From: Octopus vulgaris
Lineage: Eukaryota
DNA length: 64,000 nucleotides
Assembly: GCA_951406725.2 (NCBI GenBank)
Contig: OX597816.1
Span: 177,568,001 to 177,632,000 of the forward strand
Direction of reading: 5' to 3'
Below are positions 37,811 to 49,155 of this stretch, one piece after another. A program made the position numbers and the translations under genes. Within the stretch, counting starts at the first letter, position 1. Each line of letters begins with the position of its first letter. A model generated the notes under the pieces. It saw only the letters and a list, made by a program, of their open reading frames with translations. It was not told the origin of the DNA and did no database searches.

Positions 37811-37811
<1 letters not shown>
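36875..37811. repeat. Large inverted repeat (~448-bp arms, ~40-bp spacer), probably derived from a Penelope-like element
   Basis: 36875-37322 is the near-perfect reverse complement of 37363-37811. Each arm carries a hammerhead-like motif. The left extension (36803-36880) also occurs reversed at 26790-26873. Confidence 0.85.
37735..37784 (+). ncRNA. Minimal type I hammerhead-like motif (mirror copy at 36902-36951, minus strand)
   Basis: caaaaactgt-CTGATGA-a-cg-gcaa-cg-a-GAAAC-tcaga-GTA-acagattttg; stem I pairs 9 of 10. Confidence 0.6.
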
Positions 37812-37877
<66 letters not shown>

Positions 37878-38044
37878 GGGGGCGGGCGGGGAGAATTCAC
37901 AAAAAAAAGAACAAGAGACGAAAACAGGTGGTGTAGAAAACAAACAGATGTATTAGTATAGTGGTCGGGAAGTGAAAAAGTCTTCAACGTTTCGAGCCTA
38001 TACTCTTCCACAGAAAGGAACACACACACACACACACACACACA

Positions 38045-38109
<65 letters not shown>

Positions 38110-38110
<1 letters not shown>

Positions 38111-39158
38111 CTCTATATAAAACTGAGAATGTGTGCCTGTCTGTCTGTCTGTCTGTGTGTTTCCCTAAAACTTGAGAACTACACAACCAATTTCATTCAA
38201 ATTTTACACATGCCTTACTTAGGGTCCATGTAGTTTCATGGGCAAAAAAAAATGTTCAACTTCTTGCCTAGAGCGAGCCCATAGCAATATCATATCTTCT
38301 CCACTATTTCAGTATTATGTGTTAAAAGTGAAAAAAAAGCATTTCTCTATTTTATGTCACATACTTTCACTTTAACAATAAAAATAATAACAACAATTGA
38401 ATTATATGTAGTAAGTAATAATTAAGATTAAACTAAAGTATATAATATAAGCGTAACATAACAAAAGTAAAAATAGCAATTGGTATAAAATTGCATCAAT
38501 GACTTGAACTTGAATAAGTGGTTTCCCATGAATGGGAATAAATTAAAAATAAAAATAAAATTAGCGTGCAGAAATAGAATAGTCCAGATGGATAATAAAA
38601 AATTAAATGAAAGAAAAGACTATTGTCTATAAAGTATACAATGTAGAGAAAAAAGATTTGAACACCTGGAGGAAAATACCATCGAAAAGTGTCTTGGTGC
38701 GACTATGAAAGATATCTAACCAGAGTCGGTAAATTCGCCACAATAGAAGCAAGGTTCGAGTCAACGGAGCATGCAAGGGAGTACTCGACTCGAACTTGCA
38801 AAGTGGAAATATTTTATTTTTACCTTTATATCTGGGACGTAGGACGTCCCGGATAAAAATTTAAAATATCCGCCCCCCACACAATAGCAGTAGAGGTAGG
38901 CTGGATTGTAGCCACACTTCTATACACGAGGGAGGACAAGATACAATTGATCGAAATTGCAAGAGACGGGCTTACAATTCCAGTCTGTTATATATTTTGA
39001 GTATTGTTATCACTAGCGATATCAAGATATAACTTTGTATTTTGTATTTTATGTGTAGATGTATATATAGAGATGTACATGTATATGTACACATATATAT
39101 ATACACATATATACATGCACTAGCACTATGACCCGGCAACGACGGGTCATAATGCTAG
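38110..39158 (+). mobile_element. Non-autonomous Helitron carrying a captured ORF1 fragment (empty copy)
   Basis: A|TC 5' end (TCTCTATATAAAACTGAG followed by (CTGT)n), subterminal hairpin ATGACCCG-gcaacga-CGGGTCAT, 3' end CTAG|T, no TSD. Confidence 0.85.
38611..38975 (+). pseudogene. Captured fragment of a Tx1/L1-type ORF1
   Basis: Reads KTIVYKVYNVEKK...TIEKCLG...RVGKFATIEARFE...VEVGWIVATLL...EDKI, aligning with RTIVYRV...RGSKYGTVVVHF...VEAEWIVAAVI...EDEV of ORF 45745..47163. Confidence 0.7.
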
Positions 39159-39268
39159 TATATATATATATATATATATATATATAACAATTGCAGCATG
39201 GAAGGTGTTTATAAGTCATTTCAGAAACACACAAAAACCGTTAGATTCACTTCAACATTTAAATTTAA

Positions 39269-39319
39269 TTTGTCAAAATATTTTCGTCGCTTTGAGTCCG
39301 CGACCTGTTCACTGACAAA
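39269..39319 (-). ncRNA. Hammerhead-like motif with G3-C8 swapped core
   Basis: Minus strand: tttgtca-GTGAACA-g-gtcgc...gcgac-GAA-AATATT-T-tgacaaa. Confidence 0.5.
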
Positions 39320-40094
39320 ATTCTGTGCTGCATCTTATTTATATATATATATATATATATATATGATATTTACCACGTGAGCTGCGAGGAAAAGAATATG
39401 TAAAAGATATGGTATATGATTTTTTTTTTGTGCAAGGGTTCCTTGAGACATGTAATTTATTTTAAGGGTTATGTAAGGGTAAAATGGTTGAGAAATATTG
39501 GTCTATGGCATAGATGCTATAGAGGAGATGGTCACTCTGCATTTCATAAGGGTGGGTGGGGGTAACTGAGAAGAAAATAAAGAGGGTAGTGAAAGAGTAC
39601 CAGAGTAAACTGTCCAGAAGCAAGGAAGTGAGCACAAGAGAGGACATGGTCAGTGAATGAGGAGGGTAAAGGAGAAGGGTATGTGGTTATAAGAATGTGA
39701 GGGGAGGAGTAACAGGTGGTTAGAGGTGGGGTAGAGATGAATGTAGTGAGTGATGAAACGGGTGGAGGTGTAGCATGATGGGAGATATCAATATGGGTGA
39801 GGGTGGGTGGTTAAGGCGTGAGAGAGAAAGAGGTTACATAGGGATGAGAGGTCAGGAAGTAGGGAAAGATGACCAAGGCTTAGGGAGAGTGGAGCAAATG
39901 TAGAGGGAGATAAGGGTGGCTACAGTGAGTGTGGCACAGCAACAGGTATAAGAGGTATTAAGATGGGGTACGGCGGAGGAGGAGAGGAGATGAGTGGAGG
40001 CTGAGAAAGGAAGTAATCAGTGAAAATAGTGTGAAAGGGGATGAGGATGAGAATGAGGGATGGAAGTTGTGCGTGGGGGGCGGAGGCAGTAATT

Positions 40095-40290
40095 GGTGGC
40101 ACAAAAGAAATTTTTTTTGTGGGTGGGGGTCGTCGTTGTCATCGCCCCCAATGCGTAACTGGTACTTATTTAATCAACTTCAAAAGGATAAAAAGCAAAG
40201 TCGACCTCGGTGGAATTTGAACTCAGAAGATGGTCAAAATACTCGCAAAGCATTTTGCCTGGCACGCTAACGCTTCTGCCAGCTTGCCAT
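40095..40290 (-). mobile_element. SINE family B
   Basis: Homologous to the 18345-19360 copies. Confidence 0.7.
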
Positions 40291-40562
40291 CTTACCTCAG
40301 CATAATGATAACAAATCAGAATATCTCTGGAGAACATCTACAGTTATTTTGAAACTTATAAGATAACTGGAAGTTAATAGAGGACCCATGAAATATATAC
40401 TGTATTGCCTGTGTACAAGGCACACCTTTTGTTTACTTTTAAATATATCAAAATATTGTTAGGTATCAGACGTGGCCCTGTTATGGATGAGAGACCGACT
40501 GTTGTAGGGCTGGAGCATAAGATGAGCAGAAGTTTGCTGAGTATAATAATTATTACTAATAC

Positions 40563-40977
40563 TCTCTTTTACTTGTTTCAGTCATTTGATTGCGGCCATG
40601 CTGGAGCACCGCCTTATTCTTTGGTGCTCCAAGGACTTATTTGGTGCTTCAAGGACTTATTCTTTGGAAGCCTAGTACTTATTCTATCGGATTCTTTCGC
40701 TGAACCACTAAGTTACGGGGACATAAACACACCACCATCGGTTGTCAAGTGATGTTAGGGGGACAAAGAGACACAAACATACACACACATACATATATAT
40801 ATATACATATATACAACAGGCTTCTTTCAGTTTCCAACTACCAAATCCACTCTCAAGGCTTTGGTCGGCCCGAGGCTACAGTAGAAGACACTTGCTCAAG
40901 GTGCCAAGCAGTGGGAATGAACCCGGAACCATGTGGTGTGTAAGCAAGCTACTTACCACACAGCCACTTCTGTACCT
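40563..40977 (-). mobile_element. SINE family A, full length
   Basis: Reverse complement of 10290-10735. Confidence 0.82.
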
Positions 40978-40986
40978 AATAATTTC

Positions 40987-41824
40987 CTGACTGGCTGGCC
41001 CTGTTTTGGATGCCTGGCTGGCCCGGCCTTGGCTTGCTGGCTGGAATCTGGCCTAGGCTGGCTGCCTGGCCGGAAGTTGGCTGCCTGGCTTGCCCGGCCT
41101 TGGTTTGCTGGCTTGAAATTGGCCTAGTCTGGCTGGCTGGGCGGTCCTTGGTTGCCTGGCTGGCTCGGTCTTAACTTGCTGGCTGGAAACTGGCCTAGCC
41201 TGGCTGGCTGGCCCGCCCTTCGCTTGCTGGCTGGAAACCGGCCTAGGCTGCCTGGCTGGCCCGTCCTTGGTTTGCTGGCTGGAAACTGGCCTAGCCTGGC
41301 TGGCTGGCCCGCCCTTCGCTTGCTGGCTGGAAACCGGCCTAGGCTGCCTGGCTGGCCCGTCCTTGGTTTGCTGGCTGGAAACTGGCCTAGCCTGGCTAGG
41401 CCTTGGCTGCCTGGCTAGGCCTTGGCTGCCTGGCTTGCACGGCCTTGGTTTGCTGGCTGTCCGGGCCTTGGTTGCCTGGCTGGCCCGGATTTGGCTTGCT
41501 GGCTTGAAATTGGCCTAGTCTGGCTGGCTGGGCAGTCCTTGGTTGCCTGGCTGGCCGGGCCTTGGTTGCCTGGCTGACCCGGCCTTGACTTGCTGGCTGG
41601 AAACTGGCCTAGGCTGGCTGGTTGGCTGGCCGGGCCATGGTTGCCTGGCTGACCTGGCCTTGACTTGCTGGCTGGAAACTGGCCTAGGCTGGCTGGCTGG
41701 CTGGCCGGGCCTTGGTTGCCTGGCTGACCCGGCCTTGACTTGCTGGCTGGAAATTGGCCTAGGCTGGCTGGCTGGCCGGGCCAGCCAGGCATCAATGGTA
41801 CGGCCAGCCAGCTAGCCTAGGCTG
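40987..41824. repeat. GC-rich minisatellite (CTGG-based; ~38-bp subunit, ~75-bp higher-order unit)
   Basis: TTGCTGGCTGGAAACTGGCCTAGGCTGGCTGGC...CCTTGG is repeated; the translated ORF 41152..41418 repeats every 25 aa. Confidence 0.85.
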
Positions 41825-41899
41825 TAAAATAGAAATGTGACTTACGCAATTCTGTGTCTTACATGCTAGAAAATATAGTGTAAAAGGGAGGTATGTGAA

Positions 41900-41946
<47 letters not shown>

Positions 41947-42241
41947 AATGGAAGTGAACATGAAAAGGAAAATCAAACAGCGTTTCAGCTCTGTGTGTGT
42001 ATGTGTACAAGGGGAGTACGTAAATGTATGTGTGAACCAGCATTCTTTCAGTAACAAATAATGATCAATGTCACATCTCAAAAGACAACCACCAGATAAC
42101 ATTGACAAGTGTATTAATTTGATTTACCATCCATAGTTATATAAAAAGTACTACAATTAGCCGTCATTTTTGATGGCACGGGGCCAGCTAGTATGCATGT
42201 AATTATTGCAAATGTATTAAAAATATATGTGTGTGTGTATG

Positions 42242-42277
<36 letters not shown>

Positions 42278-42279
<2 letters not shown>

Positions 42280-42388
42280 TTGTGGAATGTCTTGTTGGCG
42301 AAGAATGTGTTAGTGATGCACAGGTTATGGTATGTACAAAATTCAAGTAGTCTCTGACCATTATCATTCATGTTGCCAATACCAAAAC
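42278..42388 (-). pseudogene. RTE-like LINE apurinic endonuclease fragment
   Basis: FGIGNMNDNGQRLLEFCTYHNLCITNTFFANKTFHK is a typical RTE-clade endonuclease segment. Confidence 0.7.
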
Positions 42389-42474
42389 ACATACACTTAC
42401 ATATATATATATACATATATATACGATTGATTTGTTTCAGTTCCTGTCTACGAAATCCACATATATATATGTAT

Positions 42475-42510
<36 letters not shown>

Positions 42511-42599
42511 AAACACACACACACACACATAGATAAATTGATAGATACAACTGAGTGGGCAAACAAAAATATGAGACACTGCGTAGTGCTTTTTTTATA

Positions 42600-42885
42600 T
42601 TTTGATAAGCCTGGTACTTATTCTATCAGTTTCTTCTTGTGAAACCAGTAAGCTATGGGGATGTAAATAAACGAACACCAGTTGTGAAGCAGTGATGAGG
42701 GAGAAACACAAAAACACATACATAGATTTACATATATACATACATATACATATAACTGAATTCTTTCAGTTTCTGTCTACAAAATCCACTAACAAGGCTT
42801 TGGTTGGTCTGGGGCTATAGCAGAAGACATGCCAAGTGACCACAGTTTTGGAACCGAGTTAGTTACCACACAGCCACACCTGCAC
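42600..42885 (-). mobile_element. SINE family A, degenerate
   Basis: Homologous to the other family A copies. Confidence 0.65.
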
Positions 42886-43093
42886 TTATGTATGTGTGTG
42901 GGGGGGTGTATGTGTGTATGGGTGTATATATGTATGCATGTATATATGTGCAAACATATGTGTACATATTACATGTACATCTATATAAATATACATCTAG
43001 ACATACATGTATACACATACATGTATATCTATAGAAATACATTTATACAGCTATACATATACATGTATACATATACAGCTATATATATGCATG

Positions 43094-43125
<32 letters not shown>

Positions 43126-43152
43126 TACATTCATATATATACCTGTATATGC

Positions 43153-43195
<43 letters not shown>

Positions 43196-43916
43196 CATAT
43201 ACATACATTAGAGAGATGTTTTTGTTTCACTTTTAACACGTAATACTGAAATAGTGGAGAAGATAAGATATTGCTGTGGGCTCGCCCTATACTAGTATTA
43301 AAGACCCGTCGTTGCCGGGTCATAGTGCTTGTGCATGTATATATGTGTATATATATGTGTACATATTACATGTACATCTATAACTTTTTTTTTCTTTTAC
43401 TTGTTTCAGTCATTTGACTGTGGCCATGCTGGAGCACCGCCTTTAGTCGAGCAACTCGACCCTGGGACTTATTCTTTTGTAAGCCCAGTACTTATTCTAT
43501 CGGTCTCTTTTGCCGAGCCGCTACATCAACACATAAAATACAAAATACAAAGTTATATCTTGATATCGCTAGTGATAACAATACTCAAAATATATAACAG
43601 ACTGGAATTGTTAGCCCGTCTCTTGTAATTTCGATCAATTATATCTTGTCCTCCCTCTTGTATAGAAGTGTGGCTACAATCCAGCCTACCTCTACTTCGG
43701 GGGGGGGGGGCATTTTAAATTTTTCTCCAGGACGTCCTAAGTCCCAGATATAAAGGTAAAAATAAAATATTTCCACTTTGCAAGTTCGAGTCGAGTACTC
43801 CCTTGCACGCTCCGTTAACTCGAACCTTGCTTCTATTGTGGCGAATTTACCGACTCTGATTAAATATCTTTCATAGTCGCACCAAGACACTTTTCGAAGG
43901 TGCTTTCCTCCATGTT

Positions 43917-45591
43917 ATTTCTTTATTACCCACCAGGGGCTACGAAGAATGGCGGACATAACAAAACATGGGGGACATAGAACAATATGATTAAATTCAT
44001 GAGCAAATGAAAATGAAAAAATGATAATATGAAAGCGATGCTAACGGCCCCCTCCGCCAGCATCACTTACCTGTCCTTTTGTTTTCACTGTCACCTGAAT
44101 GTTCATTCCCAATACGAAGACCATCCATATCCATTCTTACTCCGAAACTGTCCTCCATATATTCCACGAATTCATCGCTCATTCTTGTATCTTTCACCTC
44201 CCAATTCTCCCTTTCACACCTCAACACAAACTCATCTATATTCTTCTTTTCCAGCACTGCATATCTGGTCCCATCCATTTCATACCATTCATACTCCTCC
44301 ATTACCCTTTCAACCTCTTTCTGTTCAGTCACAATATAAATGTTCGGCCTGGGTTCGTTTTCAAACTCTTGTCTGTCTGTATTATTATTTTTCTTTTGTT
44401 TTCTTGTTGGAGGGGAGCGGGTGGGTTCACTGTCTGCGGGGGAAGGGTGGGATTCAGAGGGTGCGGGTGGTGTTGGGGTGGGTTGGGGCTTCGCACAGTT
44501 TTTCTTTTTCTTTCTTTTTCTCTTTTTTCTTCCTTCTTCCCACTCTTGTTGCATCTCCTCTTCTTCTGTCGTTTCTTTTTCCCTTTGATTCTCTTTGGTT
44601 TCTTCCTCTTTTGGGGCTTCCGCGACGATTTCCTTTTCTTTTTCCTTTGGTGGGGGAGGGCAGTAGGCTCTTATGTGACCCCTCAGGCCACACTTGTAGC
44701 ACCTGGGCGCCCTACCCTCCACCCACACTCTCATAATAATATTTCCAGTTTTTATACTGTCCGTAAGCTTTTCTATAACTTCCGCCTCCGTCTGTATGTT
44801 CATTACTAGTGTGGCACCTCTCACGCCTTCATATTTCATAATGGCGTGGAGGATGTCCACTTTATCTTCATTTCCTTTGATAACCGCAGCCGTTATTAAT
44901 TCGCCCTCTAGGTGTGGAGGTATTCCTTCCACCCTAATTCTGGTGGTCCTTCTATTCAAATACGAAGGGAACAAGTAAAACTTTTCTGTACTCACCACCT
45001 TGGCTGCTATATTCCTGGCTGCTTTCTCCCTTTTAAATTGTACCGTTATGGTTCCATATTCTAATCCTTTTGTCATGTACACAATTTCTTCTCCTGTCTG
45101 TTTGAAAGCCTCTTCAATTGCTTCCATGTTAATCACTTCCATTTTTCTACCTCCATTCATAAATACTTTATATTTAATGGTTCTACGATAGAACCAGTCT
45201 CCGCGCCCTGCTAGAGGCAACAGCTCAACCTCTCCGTTCTCCCCCTCCTTCATGAACTCCTGGAAGTCCGTCAACTTAGCCAGGTCTATCTCTTTTTCTG
45301 TTGACTTCTTCGTTATACCTGCGTAGGTGCTTTCCATTTTTTTCACCGCCAACTCCTTCTCAGATGTCGACGAATTTTCAGAGAAATTTCTCCCTTCCAT
45401 CTCATCCGTTTGGTAGAGGCGGCTCATAGTCGCCTCAGACCGAAAAACGGCCTCCCGAACAGAAAACGTGCGACGCACAGAACCAGTGCGACGCGAAACC
45501 GCACCAACCGACGTTCCAATTCCGCAACCACAATTCACTTTTTGTTCTTTTTTCTTTTTTAACCGAATTTTACTGAGCGCAAAAAAACGCG
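43917..45591 (-). mobile_element. ORF1-only (HAL1-like) retroelement A
   Basis: 5' end CGCGTTTTTTT, a single ORF, ~150-bp 3' UTR ending TGTCC...CTTCGTAGCCCC.GGTGGGTAATAAA, no ORF2. Confidence 0.8.
44063..45427 (-). CDS. Intact ORF1/gag-like protein (~454 aa from MSRLYQ) with CCHC zinc knuckle
   Basis: RVWVEGRAPRCYKCGLRGHIRAYC (CX2CX4HX4C), an upstream RRM-like region typical of Tx1/L1 ORF1, and a basic NLS-like tract. Confidence 0.8.
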   Translation of the reverse strand: MSRLYQTDEMEGRNFSENSSTSEKELAVKKMESTYAGITKKSTEKEIDLAKLTDFQEFMKEGENGEVELLPLAGRGDWFYRRTIKYKVFMNGGRKMEVINMEAIEEAFKQTGEEIVYMTKGLEYGTITVQFKREKAARNIAAKVVSTEKFYLFPSYLNRRTTRIRVEGIPPHLEGELITAAVIKGNEDKVDILHAIMKYEGVRGATLVMNIQTEAEVIEKLTDSIKTGNIIMRVWVEGRAPRCYKCGLRGHIRAYCPPPPKEKEKEIVAEAPKEEETKENQREKETTEEEEMQQEWEEGRKKRKRKKKKNCAKPQPTPTPPAPSESHPSPADSEPTRSPPTRKQKKNNNTDRQEFENEPRPNIYIVTEQKEVERVMEEYEWYEMDGTRYAVLEKKNIDEFVLRCERENWEVKDTRMSDEFVEYMEDSFGVRMDMDGLRIGNEHSGDSENKRTGK

Positions 45592-47342
45592 TATTTCTTT
45601 ATTACCCACTAAGGGGCTACGAAGAATGGCGGACATAACAAAACATGGGGACATAGAACATTATAATTAAACTATATGAACATGAAGTGTTAAACGAAAA
45701 AAATGATAAAATGAAAGCGATACCAACGGCCCCGTCCGTCAGCATCACTTACCTGTCCTTTGTTTTTCATAGTCACTTGAATGTTCTTTGCCAATACGAA
45801 TAAATTCCATATCCATTCTTACTCCGAAATACTCATTCATATTTTCCACGAATTCATCGCTCATTCTTATATCTTTCACCTCCCAATTCTCCCTTTCACA
45901 CCTCCCCATAAACTCACCTATGTTCTTTTTTTCAATCACAGCATACCTAGTCTCTCCAACATCATACCGTTTATACTCTTCCATTAGACTTTTAACTTTC
46001 CTCTGTTCAGTCATAGTACAAATGTACGGCCTGGGTTCGATTTCAATCTCTTGTGTGTGTGTATTCTTTTTTTTCTTTTGTTTTCTTGTTGGGGGGGAGC
46101 GGGTGGGTTCAATGTCTGCATGGATAGGGTGGGACTCAGAGGGTGTGGGAGGTTTTGGGGTAGATTGGAGTTCCATATTATTTTCTTTTTTTCCACATAT
46201 TCTTCTCTTCCTCTTACTTCCAGCTTCCTTCCATTTCTGTGTATTCTCTTCCTCTGTTTCCTTCTCCTCTGGTTTCTGCTTCTCTCTCTCTGGTTCGGGA
46301 TCCATTTCTTTCCCTGGGGGAGGGCAGAAGGCTCTTATGTGACCCCTCAGGCCACACTTGTAACAACGTGGAGCCCTGCCCTCCACCCACACTCTCATGA
46401 TCACTTCTCCCAGTCTGATGCTTTCCGTCAGGTCCACCAGTACCTCGGTCTCTGCCTGTACGTTCAGCTCCACTGTTACGCCTCTCCAGCCCTCAGACTT
46501 AACCGAGGCATGGAGAATATCCACTTCGTCCTCGTGGCCGCTGATCACAGCCGCCACAATCCATTCTGCCTCCACGTTTGGTGGCACTCCCTCCACCCTT
46601 ATTCGTGTAATCCTCCTGTTTAAATACGTAGGTAACAGTGTTACCTTTTCCGACTTCACCGCCTTCGCTGCCATCTTCCTCGCTGCAGATTCACTTTTAA
46701 AGTGCACAACTACGGTCCCGTACTTGGATCCTCGAGTCAGAAAATTTATTTCCTCCTCAGTTCTTCGCAGGGCTTCCTCTATCCATTCCATGGATACAAC
46801 TTCTACCCTCTTCCTTTCGTTTGCGCACACCCTGTAAACAATGGTCCTCTTGTCATACCATTCTTTTCTCCTGGGTGTCGGTGATAGTTCCACCTCACCG
46901 CTTTCCTTTTTCATGTATTTCTGGTAACTTGGCAACTTGGCCATGTCGACCCCTTTCTCTTCCGCCTTCTTGGTTACACCGGCATAGGTATAACCCAGCT
47001 TCTCTTCCAATTCCCTTGCTGCCATTTCTAGCTCCTTCTCAGACGTAGGCAAGTCTGATAAAGACTCGAAAACTCCAGCCTTTTCTTCCATCAGCTTCAT
47101 TGCAATTGCCTGTTCCAGTTCCTCATCTGTCGTGGACAAGTCTGTTAGAGACTCAGAATCCATTTCCCTCTGTCTGACAGACCGAAAACGGCCGCCAAAA
47201 CAGAAAAAGTGTAACGCGCTGAACGAGTGAAACGCGAAACCGCGTCAACGCCGTTCAGAATTTCCACAACAACAACAACGCTTTTTGTTCTTTTTTTACC
47301 GAATTTTACGAGCGTAAAAAACACGGAGCCGAAAAAACGCGA
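45592..47342 (-). mobile_element. ORF1-only (HAL1-like) retroelement B
   Basis: Same termini as A, with a near-identical 3' tail, directly abutting the 5' end of A. Confidence 0.8.
45745..47163 (-). CDS. Intact ORF1/gag-like protein, 472 aa, with CCHC zinc knuckle
   Basis: ATG start; RCYKCGLRGHIRAFC; clear but diverged paralog of the 44063 protein. Confidence 0.82.
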   Translation of the reverse strand: MDSESLTDLSTTDEELEQAIAMKLMEEKAGVFESLSDLPTSEKELEMAARELEEKLGYTYAGVTKKAEEKGVDMAKLPSYQKYMKKESGEVELSPTPRRKEWYDKRTIVYRVCANERKRVEVVSMEWIEEALRRTEEEINFLTRGSKYGTVVVHFKSESAARKMAAKAVKSEKVTLLPTYLNRRITRIRVEGVPPNVEAEWIVAAVISGHEDEVDILHASVKSEGWRGVTVELNVQAETEVLVDLTESIRLGEVIMRVWVEGRAPRCYKCGLRGHIRAFCPPPGKEMDPEPEREKQKPEEKETEEENTQKWKEAGSKRKRRICGKKENNMELQSTPKPPTPSESHPIHADIEPTRSPPTRKQKKKKNTHTQEIEIEPRPYICTMTEQRKVKSLMEEYKRYDVGETRYAVIEKKNIGEFMGRCERENWEVKDIRMSDEFVENMNEYFGVRMDMEFIRIGKEHSSDYEKQRTGK

Positions 47343-49125
47343 TTTTTTTATTACCCACAAGGGGCCACGAAGAGGGGGACATTACAAGACGGGACATGGG
47401 GTACATAAAGTAAAAATAAAATATGAAGTAAAAGATGAATTTATATGTAATGAGATGGAACGGCTTACGAACCCCCAACTCGCAGTTCCGTTTAAAATAC
47501 AATTATACATTTCATATATTCCAGTTCAAAATACAATTTTACAGTTACATATATTCCAGTTCACAGTACAATAATTTTACAATTTTACATGTTAACATTA
47601 CATATATTCCTGTTCAAAAACACAACTTTACATCAAATAATTTTACAAGTAACAATTCTAATTCTTTTACATTAGACACTCGTCCGTCATATAATCCAAT
47701 AGGTCCGTTTGATCTATTACATCTGGTAATTTATCATACCGTACATAATGCATTATATGCATAGCATGATATATCTTTTTTAATTTTGTGTATGTCTCCT
47801 TTTACATCTTCACCATACAGTTTTGGGTTCACCTTCACCCTGACCAACCCTTTCTTACCTACAAGTCTCTTTTCCACTTCTGTATTCTTGATATACATCA
47901 CAACTGCCTTCAAGTTTTTTCCTGTAGGCCTTCTTCCATATTTACACGATTCCAATTGTTCGTTCACTCTTGTCTCCCATTCTTGTTCAAACTCTGTCCT
48001 TGGTCGCTCTCTCACCTTTTCTTTTACTTCCTGTTCTTTTTCTCTTCTCTCTCTTCTGCTATCTTGCTTTTGATTTTTTTCTTTTTTATATCTTTCGGTG
48101 GTGATTCCACCCTTGATCTCTTCTTGTCTTCTGTTTTTTCCTCTTCTGCACTTGCTCGTTCTTCCTCATTTAACTGCTCCTCCATTTGTGTTTCCTCCGC
48201 TTTCGCTTCCTCCACACACGCTTCTTTACACTCCTCTATCACAACCTCTGGTGCTTTTGTTTTTTCTCGCGGGCACACATCCTTCATGTGGCCCCTCGAT
48301 TTACAGTTATAGCAAATTGGGGGTCTTCCCTCTACCACAACTCGGAGCCGTGTTTCGTCAGGGTAGACCAACTCCTCCGGGATGTTGTACAGGTCTCGCA
48401 CGGTTATGTGTGCCAGAACCTGCACCGTATATCCCCACCACTTCACCTCTGCTGACTTCTCCACCTTCAGTACCTCCACATCATCCTTGCAGTTAAACAG
48501 CACTGCTGCCAGCAACCTTTCCATATTAAATTCGGGTGAGATTCTATTGATTCTCATCCTCACTGCTCTCCTTCCGCAGTAACTTGGTAGCAAAGTCCAC
48601 TTATCCGATTTCAAAATTCTTGTAGCGTTCTTTTTTGCCTCCTCTTCTGTTTTAAAATACACCACTACCGTGGCATACTTCCTTCCTCTTTTAAAAAATG
48701 CTGGTTCACCCTCAATTTCCTTCAGACACCTTTCCACTTCTTCCATTTCCGCTACTTCAATCTTCTTCGACTCCACGCACCACGTCCTGTACGTTATAGT
48801 ACGCTTCTCTGCACTGCTTTCCTCCTCCTCGGACGGTGTGACTATCACACAGTCACCCTCCCTCTTTAAACTGTCGAAATACTTCTGTAAAGTCTTCTGT
48901 TCGACCATCACCTCCTCCATTTCCAGTTCACCGGCAACCAGGCCTCTGCCTGCCGCTCGCGCGTAAGTCTGCTCTTGCATTTTCAAGAAAAAATTATTCC
49001 ACGTCCTCCAACGAACTCGAACTCACAACCTCTTTACTCGAAATAAACACACCAGAATAAACACACCAGAATAACTCCAACTAACTAACTCAAAAAAAAC
49101 ACGGGAGCCGAAAAAAACGCGACCG
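47343..49125 (-). mobile_element. ORF1-only retroelement C (second subfamily)
   Basis: 5' end CGGTCGCGTTTTTTTCGGCTCCCGTG; 3' end ATGTCCCCCTCTTCGTGGCCCCTTGTGGGTAATAAA. Confidence 0.8.
47734..48980 (-). pseudogene. ORF1/gag-like with CCHC knuckle, frameshifted
   Basis: ORFs 48024..48986 (RVVVEGRPPICYNCKSRGHMKDVC) and 47734..48015; ~20-bp deletion relative to copy D. Confidence 0.75.
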
Positions 49126-49155
49126 TTTTTCCTCTACATTGTATACTTTATAGAC

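Larger units (their letters stand above)
36229..39500. mobile_element. hAT-like MITE expanded by nested insertions
   Basis: Ends CAGTGTTTCTCAAC and GTTGAGAAATATTG, with an imperfect 8-bp TSD GTTTATAG/GTCTATGG and GGGTTCC subterminal motifs in both halves. Confidence 0.6.

Noticed and set aside
37975-38018. Hammerhead-like motif GGAAGAG-tatagg-CTCGAAACGTT (minus strand); also GAAACAATTGTC at ~11797
   Set aside because: The core is incomplete or stem I is unconvincing; probably decayed PLE-derived motifs, not callable.
40933-41815. Trp/Leu/Gly-rich or Pro/Gln-rich repeat proteins
   Set aside because: Translations of the minisatellite, open in several frames with no coding evidence.
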